This document shows positions 56,934-63,705 of a stretch of DNA of 63,705 bases, piece after piece; the stretch's first letter is position 1; each line of letters begins with the position of its first letter. Made by a program: the position numbers and the translations under genes. The notes under the pieces were generated by a model. It did no database searches and had not been told where the DNA came from. It saw only the letters and a list, made by a program, of their open reading frames with translations. The DNA comes from Candidatus Shapirobacteria bacterium CG_4_10_14_0_8_um_filter_39_15. GTDB taxonomy: Bacteria > Patescibacteriota > Microgenomatia > UM-FILTER-39-15. Location of the stretch: the NCBI GenBank assembly GCA_002784465.1, contig PFLE01000008.1:1-63705 (forward strand), in the 5' to 3' direction.

Positions 56934-58109
56934 TTGTATACTATACCCATGGAATATATACCAAGGTTCGCGGAAACAAGATTGAGAAAAATGCTGGAAA
57001 GCCGAAAGGTGATTATGGTTTTGGGCGCTCGTCAGGTAGGTAAGACGACTTTAGTTAAACATGTTCTGGAAGGCAAAAATATCTTTTTTTTGAATTTGGA
57101 TATTGAGGTTGAAAAACAAAGATTATTGGCCGCTTCTAATCTTTCACCAAAAGAGGCCATTTTAAGTCTGGGTGCACCCTCAATTTTAATTATTGACGAA
57201 GCTCAACGTTTATCTGAAACCGGCAGAATTATTAAAGGGTGGTATGATGCCGAAGTTGCCACAAAAATTATTTTATTAGGGTCTTCCAGCCTGAATTTAT
57301 TAGATCAGTCGGCTGAAAGTTTGACTGGCCGCAACTTAAAACTTTTTTTAACTCCTTTACTTTTTGAGGAAATTATTTCAACCCAATCGTGGTATTCCAT
57401 AATATTTTCCAAGGAACAAATAGAAAAAGATTTCCAACCCCAAATTAAAACGTTATTAATGCAAACAATGGTCTTCGGTAACTATCCGGAGGTTGTTACT
57501 AGCCCGAATAAAACCGAGCTTTTAACAAACTTAGTCTCCGATTATCTGCTAAAAGATATTTTACAGTCAGGTCTTCTTAAGAATCCTGATCTTATCAGAA
57601 GGCTGCTAATGCTTTTGGCTCATCAGGTTGGCAGCGAAGTTTCCGTGAATGAGTTAGCGGTAAATTTAGGAATATCAAGAGTGACAATTGAAAGTTATTT
57701 AGATTTATTAGAACGGACGTTTGTTATTTTTAGGTTGCCGGCATTTAGCACTAATGCGCGAAAAGAAATCGCTAAAAGTAAAAAAATATATTTCTGGGAT
57801 TTGGGTATCCGCAATGCGATTCTTAACGAATTTAGCATTAATCCATTACGTTCTGATATTGGTAAATTATGGGAAAATTGGGTAATTGCCGAAATTGCCA
57901 AAAAGAATTTACAGGAAGGGGGAACAAAAAGTTTATATTTTTGGCGTTCCCGAGGCGGAGGAGAGGTTGATTTGGTAATCAAAGACGGAGAGAAAATTGC
58001 CGGTTACGAAATGAAATGGTCAGGAGGCAAGGCTGGTTCTCGTGTTTTTTCAGAGCTTTATAAAACACCAGTAAACATTATTGAGAGTTTTCACCCCCTC
58101 TTTTTTTAA
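56934..58109 (+). CDS. AAA-family ATPase with a DUF4143-type C-terminus
   Basis: GARQVGKTTL Walker A, IIDEAQ Walker B, about 390 aa. The likely start is the ATG at 56950. Confidence 0.75.
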   Translation: MYTIPMEYIPRFAETRLRKMLESRKVIMVLGARQVGKTTLVKHVLEGKNIFFLNLDIEVEKQRLLAASNLSPKEAILSLGAPSILIIDEAQRLSETGRIIKGWYDAEVATKIILLGSSSLNLLDQSAESLTGRNLKLFLTPLLFEEIISTQSWYSIIFSKEQIEKDFQPQIKTLLMQTMVFGNYPEVVTSPNKTELLTNLVSDYLLKDILQSGLLKNPDLIRRLLMLLAHQVGSEVSVNELAVNLGISRVTIESYLDLLERTFVIFRLPAFSTNARKEIAKSKKIYFWDLGIRNAILNEFSINPLRSDIGKLWENWVIAEIAKKNLQEGGTKSLYFWRSRGGGEVDLVIKDGEKIAGYEMKWSGGKAGSRVFSELYKTPVNIIESFHPLFF

Positions 58110-58120
58110 ATCAATCCGAT

Positions 58121-59409
58121 TCACTTCTGATTCAAAAGTTGTTTTACCACTGTTGTTAATTTCGGATAATGGAAATAATTGTAAAGCTGGGTTTCCCAAT
58201 CTTTATCTTTGATATTAATTGTTGGAAGGACGCCATTGCCTTCAATCGGTTGGCCGTCTTCTCTTAACGTTAAACTATGTACCAAAAAGATCGAGTATTT
58301 TTCAGATTGACCAGCCTCGCCGCTAGGCGGGTCTATTTGTTTGGTTAAAGGAAAAACTTTTTCAATTGTGCCCCAGCCCTTGGAAGGCGTGCCGACAACC
58401 ACGCCGACGTTATACTTCTTGTGATCACCGCGGCCATCAACTCGGCAGTAGATTGTGTTTGGTTATTGATTAGAACCACCATTCTTTTGTATCTTATTAA
58501 TCCCGGCATTCAGCCGATACGGGTTTTAAAATCTGTTTTTTCACCCTGATGAAAAAATTGATAAGCATATTGGTCAGGGCCAATGAAAGGACCAAGAAGG
58601 TAGGGAAGCAAGTCAACTGAACCGCCGATATTATTTTGTAAATCTAAAATTAAGACTGTTGGTCCACCAGGAATGTCATATTTCTTGGTGATCCGGTCCA
58701 ATTCATCCAAAGTCGTTGGGGAAAATTTGGTTTGGTGAATGTATAAAAAGTCAGTTCCAATAAACCGGTAATCCATAGTCGGTTCAACTCCGGACTGATC
58801 ATAGACTTGTTTGGCGCCAGCGTCCGATAAAGTTTTGTAAGCCTTTTCCACTTGAACCAATTCCTGCTGGGCTTCCGGTTTTTTTTCGTTATATGCTTGG
58901 GCGATGGCAGAGGAGCGGGCTTCTTTTGGAACGCCAAGAGTTTGATAATCATTGACCTCCGGATTAATATTGTTGACGTTGTTTGATAGAGATTGTTCTT
59001 GTTTTTGGGTATATAATCGGGAACGGTTAAAAGGTTTTAAATTAGAAAGAACCAGATCTGCCAGTTGAGTTGTAAATTCTTTTTTCTTGTCCTGATTAAC
59101 ATTTTTTAAATCTTTATCAAGCATTTTTTCAAAATCCTGTTTGGTTTTATAAGTTCCACCTAAAGGCTGGCCGGTTAATTTTTCTGTACCTAATTGAAAA
59201 AGATTAACTAATTGTTCATCGGACATTTTATCCCAATAATTGGTTTGAATGGTGGAATAAACTTCATTTAAAAATGCAGCATAAGGATTTGCGTTTTTGT
59301 TCTGGGCGTAGTCGAAGGAAAGATTCCTTTTTTGATATAAATCACGCCCCAACCAGCCGAGGCCAAAAACCAAGAGAATAAGGGGAATTAGGAAAAGCAG
59401 TTTTTTCAT
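58121..59409 (-). pseudogene. S41-family C-terminal processing peptidase, disrupted by an in-frame TGA (58510-58512) and a frameshift near 58430
   Basis: ILDLQNNIGGSV, then TGA followed in frame by MPGLIRYKRMVVLINNQTQSTAELMAA, then DHKKYNVGVVVGTPSKGWGT in another frame. Confidence 0.65.
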
Positions 59410-59559
59410 TGTTTAAAGATAGTATCAGAAATAACAAGCAATTAAAAGATTGTTTTTATGAGGGTAGTGAGGGTAGTGAAATAGATGAGGGAATGATATA
59501 CTGGAATTATGGTAGAGGGAGAAACAAAACAGGCAGGCTATAAATATCTGTTGTTTCTG

Positions 59560-59740
59560 CCGGGAAGAGAATTACTGCGCTAAAGAGATCAAACATATTC
59601 CTCATGATCCCGAACTCGCGGCTAATCTTTTAATAATGCTTTTGTCAGCGGGCGAACTATCTTCTAGAAAAACAAACAGAATCCTTAAGAAAAAAGTTTG
59701 TTAAAGAAGGTGGCTTTCGGGAAAATCTTTTTAAGGAAAG
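59560..59740 (+). pseudogene. decayed remnant of a four-helix-bundle suffix-domain gene
   Basis: 59691-59738 is about 85 percent identical to 43838-43885 (KFVKEGGFRENLF). Upstream there are stops and a frame change. Confidence 0.6.
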
Positions 59741-59741
59741 A

Positions 59742-60128
59742 ATGGCAGAAAAAAATAAAAAGATAGCGCCAAAATCAGAATTCTGCTATACTCCAGCCAT
59801 GAACTCTATTACTCTTGATGATTTTACCAAATTAGATCTTCGTGTTGGCCAGATTGTTTCGGCTAAGAAACCCGAATGGAGTGAAAAACTGGTTAAACTT
59901 CAAGTTGACTTTGGGGAAATGGGAATTAAACAGGTATTCTCAAGGATTGCCAAATGGTATACCCCTGAAGATTTAGTTGGTAAACAAGCCGTATTTCTGG
60001 TTAATTTACCGCCAAGAATAATTCACGAAGAAAAATCAGAAGCGATGATCTTGACCGCTCAAAACAATGATTCATATAGTATCGTAATACCTCAAAAAGA
60101 GGCTACTAATGGAAGCAGGATATGCTAG
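59742..60128 (+). CDS. CsaA-like tRNA-binding domain protein
   Basis: ITLDDFTKLDLRVGQIVSAKK ... LVNLPPR. The true start is probably the ATG at 59799, because the first 19 codons are the tail of the upstream remnant. Confidence 0.75.
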   Translation: MAEKNKKIAPKSEFCYTPAMNSITLDDFTKLDLRVGQIVSAKKPEWSEKLVKLQVDFGEMGIKQVFSRIAKWYTPEDLVGKQAVFLVNLPPRIIHEEKSEAMILTAQNNDSYSIVIPQKEATNGSRIC

Positions 60129-60142
60129 TAAATTCGAAAATA

Positions 60143-60261
60143 ATAGTAAATCAGTTAATCAGATTATCTGGAAAAGTAAAACAGAGATCGGTATATCGGT
60201 AAAATAACTGATTTCTGCTCTCTGATCTCTTTCCCTGGTATTCTGATTTACTGATATTCTA
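60143..60261. repeat. family P1 palindrome
   Basis: ATAGTAAATCAGTTAATCAGATTATCTGGAAAAGTAAAACAGAGATCGG ... CTGATTTCTGCTCTCTGATCTCTTTCCCTGGTATTCTGATTTACTGAT. Confidence 0.7.
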
Positions 60262-60266
60262 TCTTT

Positions 60267-62024
60267 ATGAAATCCGAATTACAAAAACTAATTTATAAAA
60301 ACACAGGAAAAAAAGCAATTATTGAGCATCCAGTGGATATGGAACATGGTGATTATTCAACCAATGTAGCGTTGAAAACAAGAAGCGAGAAGTCCTTCGA
60401 CTCTGCTCAAGGTAAACAAGAAGCGAGAAGCGGGAATCCAATGGAACTGGCGAATGAGATTGTCAACAAGATTCGATCTGCCGGAATGCCGGAATATATT
60501 TCTAAAATTGAAGTTGTTCAGCCCGGATTTATTAATTTTTGGTTGAGTCAGGAATATTTAGCAAACCAATTAGAAGGAGTGCTAAAGGATAAAGATGGAT
60601 TCGGTAAGCTCACGATTGGTAAAGGGAAAACGGTGGTGATTGATTATTCTTCGCCCAACATCGCCAAGCCCTTTGGTATTGGCCATCTTCGGTCAACCGT
60701 GATTGGTCAGGCAATTTATAATCTGTATAATTTCTGCGGCTGGAAAACAATTGGGGATAATCATTTGGGCGATTGGGGGACGCAGTTTGGTAAATTAATT
60801 TACCAAATTCAAAATTCAAAAGTCAAAATTCCCTTACAGGGTAAACAAAATTTGACGATAGAAAAACTGGAAAAGCTTTATGTTGATTTCCATAAAAAGG
60901 TAGAAAAACATCCGGAAATCGAGGACGAAGCGAGAAAATATTTCCAGATGCTGGAAGCGGGAGATAAGGAAGTAAGACGGATATGGCAAGCCTGTGTTGA
61001 TTTGTCTTTGAAGGAATTTAACCGGATATACGATTTGCTTGGAATAAAAATCGATTACGCTTTTGGCGAGAGTTTTTATGAAGATAAGATGGCCGAAGTA
61101 ATTGTGGATGCCAAGCGGAAAAAGTTAGCAGTCGAGAGTCAAGGAGCGCTGATTATATCCTTTGATGAATTAAATATCCCGCCGGGAATTCTTTTAAAAA
61201 GTGACGGGGCAACGATGTATTTTACCCGCGATTTAGCCTGCGTTCTATACCGCCAGCGCAGATGGAATCCGGATTTATATATTTACGAAGTAGGTTCAGA
61301 CCAGAAACTCCATTTTCAGCAGGTTTTTGCCGGTGCGGTAAAACTTCATTATGGAAAAATGAATCAGTTCGTTCATGTGGCGCATGGTCTGATACGGTTT
61401 CCGGAGGGAAAAATGAGTACCCGGGCGGGTAAGACCGTTCACCTTGATACGGTTTTGGATGAGGCGATTAAGCGGGCAACAAAGATTATTAAGAAATCTT
61501 CGACCGGCCGGGGAATGACGGTAAAACAACAGGAACAGATAGCCAAGGCAGTAGGAATCGGGGCAGTAAAGTATTTTGATTTAAAGCATCAGCCGGAAAC
61601 CGATATTATTTATGATTGGGAAAAGATGTTCCAGCTGGAAGGGGATTCGGGACCTTATTTGCAGTATACCTTCGCTCGGACACGAAGTGTTCTTAATAAA
61701 ATAAAAAATAAAATATTAAATATAAAAAATACAGATCAAATATTAAAAATAAAAAACACTCTCAATTCTGAAGAACTTGGATTATTACGAACGATTTACA
61801 GATTTCCTGAAGTTATTGAGTTAGCTGCCGAAAATTATTCTCCTAATCTTATCTGTAATTTCCTATTCGATCTGGCCCAAAAATATAATAATTTCTACAA
61901 TATCCATCGGATACTTGGGGGCGGCGATTCGGAAGAATTCAGACTGGCCTTAACCGCAGCGACCGGGCAGGTTCTTAAAAACGGATTGAGTTTGCTGGGG
62001 ATTGATACACCCGAACGAATGTGA
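60267..62024 (+). CDS. argS: arginine--tRNA ligase
   Basis: SSPNIAKPFGIGHLRS class I motif and a DALR-type C-terminus. In-frame word insertions at 60379-60436 and about 61690-61760. Confidence 0.92.
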   Translation: MKSELQKLIYKNTGKKAIIEHPVDMEHGDYSTNVALKTRSEKSFDSAQGKQEARSGNPMELANEIVNKIRSAGMPEYISKIEVVQPGFINFWLSQEYLANQLEGVLKDKDGFGKLTIGKGKTVVIDYSSPNIAKPFGIGHLRSTVIGQAIYNLYNFCGWKTIGDNHLGDWGTQFGKLIYQIQNSKVKIPLQGKQNLTIEKLEKLYVDFHKKVEKHPEIEDEARKYFQMLEAGDKEVRRIWQACVDLSLKEFNRIYDLLGIKIDYAFGESFYEDKMAEVIVDAKRKKLAVESQGALIISFDELNIPPGILLKSDGATMYFTRDLACVLYRQRRWNPDLYIYEVGSDQKLHFQQVFAGAVKLHYGKMNQFVHVAHGLIRFPEGKMSTRAGKTVHLDTVLDEAIKRATKIIKKSSTGRGMTVKQQEQIAKAVGIGAVKYFDLKHQPETDIIYDWEKMFQLEGDSGPYLQYTFARTRSVLNKIKNKILNIKNTDQILKIKNTLNSEELGLLRTIYRFPEVIELAAENYSPNLICNFLFDLAQKYNNFYNIHRILGGGDSEEFRLALTAATGQVLKNGLSLLGIDTPERM

Positions 62025-62048
62025 CTCTAAGTGTTATCTTGAAGAGAG

Positions 62049-62158
62049 TATTAGTTGATCAGAATATCAGGATAAGAAATCAGAGAGCAGGAAACAGTTA
62101 TTACTGATATTCTGTTCTCAGATTTGCTTGACCCGATAATCTGATTTACCGATTTACT
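62049..62158. repeat. family P1 palindrome
   Basis: TATTAGTTGATCAGAATATCAGGATAAGAAATCAGAGAGCAGG ... CTGATATTCTGTTCTCAGATTTGCTTGACCCGATAATCTGATTTACCGAT. Confidence 0.7.
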
Positions 62159-62170
62159 ATTATATTTACA

Positions 62171-63705
62171 ATGAAAAGAATCTTTTTATTATTTTTTTCG
62201 ATAATTCTTGCTCTTACTCTACTGCTAAGCAGCAAGCTTTGTTTATCTCTAGCCCCTATTGTTTATGCCAAAGACTATTCTATTCTTTCAGCCGACTTTC
62301 AAGTTCAGCTTGATTCCGATGGATCTGCTGATGTAATCGAAAAGAGAACTTATAATTTTAACGGGAGCTATTCTTGGGTGGATGAATGGATTCCTCTAAA
62401 ATCTCGGATCTCGGATATCGGATATTAGATTTTCAGCTTTGGGAAGGAAATCAGAAGTACCTTGAATCGGCGACAAATACACCGGGAACTTATCAAACCA
62501 CAATCACGACTGATAAATTCTATGTCAAAATATATTATTCGGCATATAACGAATCAAAAACATTTATCCTAAAATACAAAATTTTAAATGCGATTACGGC
62601 TCAACAGGATATTGGTGAATTTTATTGGCAATTAATTGGGGATCAATGGGCGAAATCTACCGGCCAGGTGACCGCTGCTGTTTTATTGCCTGAACCAGCT
62701 CCAAACGATCAAATTTGGGCTTACGGACACGGTCCGCTTAACGGTCAGATTAAAATTGCCACCAATCAACAGATAAACTTTACGGCAGCTAATCTGCCGG
62801 CCTACAAGTTTTTTGAGGTCAGAGTTTTGTTTCCAAAAGCACAACTTTCTTCTGTAACAGCAATCAGCGACAAAACTCTGGCACAAATTATGGCTGAAGA
62901 AAAAGGATTCGGTGAGCAGACTGATAAAGCAAAAAAACCAGGACCAATAAATTGGTTTTTGGTGATTTTACTTTCTTTACCCCTGGTTGGCTTGATTCTT
63001 TTTGGTTTGAAGCAAATTATATATTGGTCGATGCAATGGTATAAAGTCGGCCGGGATAATCCCTTGCCAGAGGTTAATTTAGCTGGTACTCTTCACGAAC
63101 CGCCTTCGGATCTGGATCCCTCTTTGGTTGAAGCCTTGATGAATGGTAATCTAAAGCCAACGGGCAAGTCGATAGTGGCAACCGTTCTTAGTCTTTGCCG
63201 GAAAAAAGCCGTTAAAATTGAAACTCAATCTCGAGAGGCGCTGTTGGGAATTTTTAACCGCGGTCCGGAGAGTTTTTTGACATTAATTAATAAAGAAGGA
63301 TTATCAGTTCGAGAAACAAAGCTGGTGAATTTTCTTTTTCGAGGGAACGATAGGACCATTGGTTTTAGTGAAATTAAGGATTACGGGAGAGAACATCCAT
63401 ATAAAACCCGATCGTTTTGGGAGGATTGGCAAAATACTGCGGCCGAAGAGTTGATAGACGACGGAATTATGGATAAAACCGCTCATATAAGGGAAATTTA
63501 GAATTAGCATCTTGGCGGGCTTTCAAAAAGTATTTGACTGATTACAGCGTAACTAAAAATTATCCTTTGGATTCAGTTATTTTGTGGGAAAAATATTTGG
63601 TTTACGGGGCGGCTCTAGGGATTTCTTTAAAAGCCTTATCGCAGTTGCCAATAGATTATTCTAAAGCGCAATCCTCAGGATCTGGTCTGCTTATCTATTC
63701 TTATG
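62171..63705 (+). pseudogene. DUF2207-like membrane protein, two frame changes (near 62400 and near 63495), runs off the window
   Basis: Signal peptide and N-terminal beta-rich part, then TM segments. After 63501 the typical WRAFKKYLTDYSV...ILWEKYLVYGAALGI continues in another frame. Confidence 0.55.

Overview
AT-rich bacterial window (about 40% GC by eye) that looks like a Candidate Phyla Radiation / Patescibacteria (Microgenomates-like) genome.

Ordinary content:
- a copper module: csoR with its operator, an HMA/DsbD_2/cupredoxin membrane protein, and a frameshifted copA
- redox genes: trxA, trxB, a ferredoxin, a DsbA-like protein
- housekeeping genes: rpsA, radA, rho, leuS, argS, a trmH-like gene, comEA and a split comEC, an M23/LysM peptidase
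- four uninterrupted tRNAs
- several small higher-GC islands

One rRNA operon spans about 14 kb (18.99-33.02 kb).
- The 16S and the 23S each carry four intron-type insertions. Six of the eight have canonical group I boundaries (5' exon ends in U, intron ends in G).
- Three of these insertions encode LAGLIDADG ORFs and two encode four-helix-bundle ORFs.
- There are also IVS/expansion segments, and protein genes sit in the 16S-23S spacer.

Most unusual observations:
1. The small RNA genes of the operon are nested inside disrupted copies of themselves. There are three tRNA-Ile(GAU) genes inside one another, a tRNA-Ala(UGC) inside a tRNA-Ala-like shell, and a 5S inside a split 5S copy. Each inner gene is held by a flanking stem.
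2. The genome is saturated with several families of word-like palindromic repeats. They sit in intergenic DNA, in introns and rRNA expansion sites, and in frame inside essential genes (leuS, radA, rpsA, argS, comEC, trmH, copA).
3. Four-helix-bundle (IVS-protein/Avd-like) ORFs occupy group I introns and tRNA-adjacent sites.
4. There is a high load of frameshifts and in-frame stop codons. These are either real gene decay or consensus errors.

All coordinates for RNA features and repeats come from reading the sequence by eye and are approximate to a few nucleotides.
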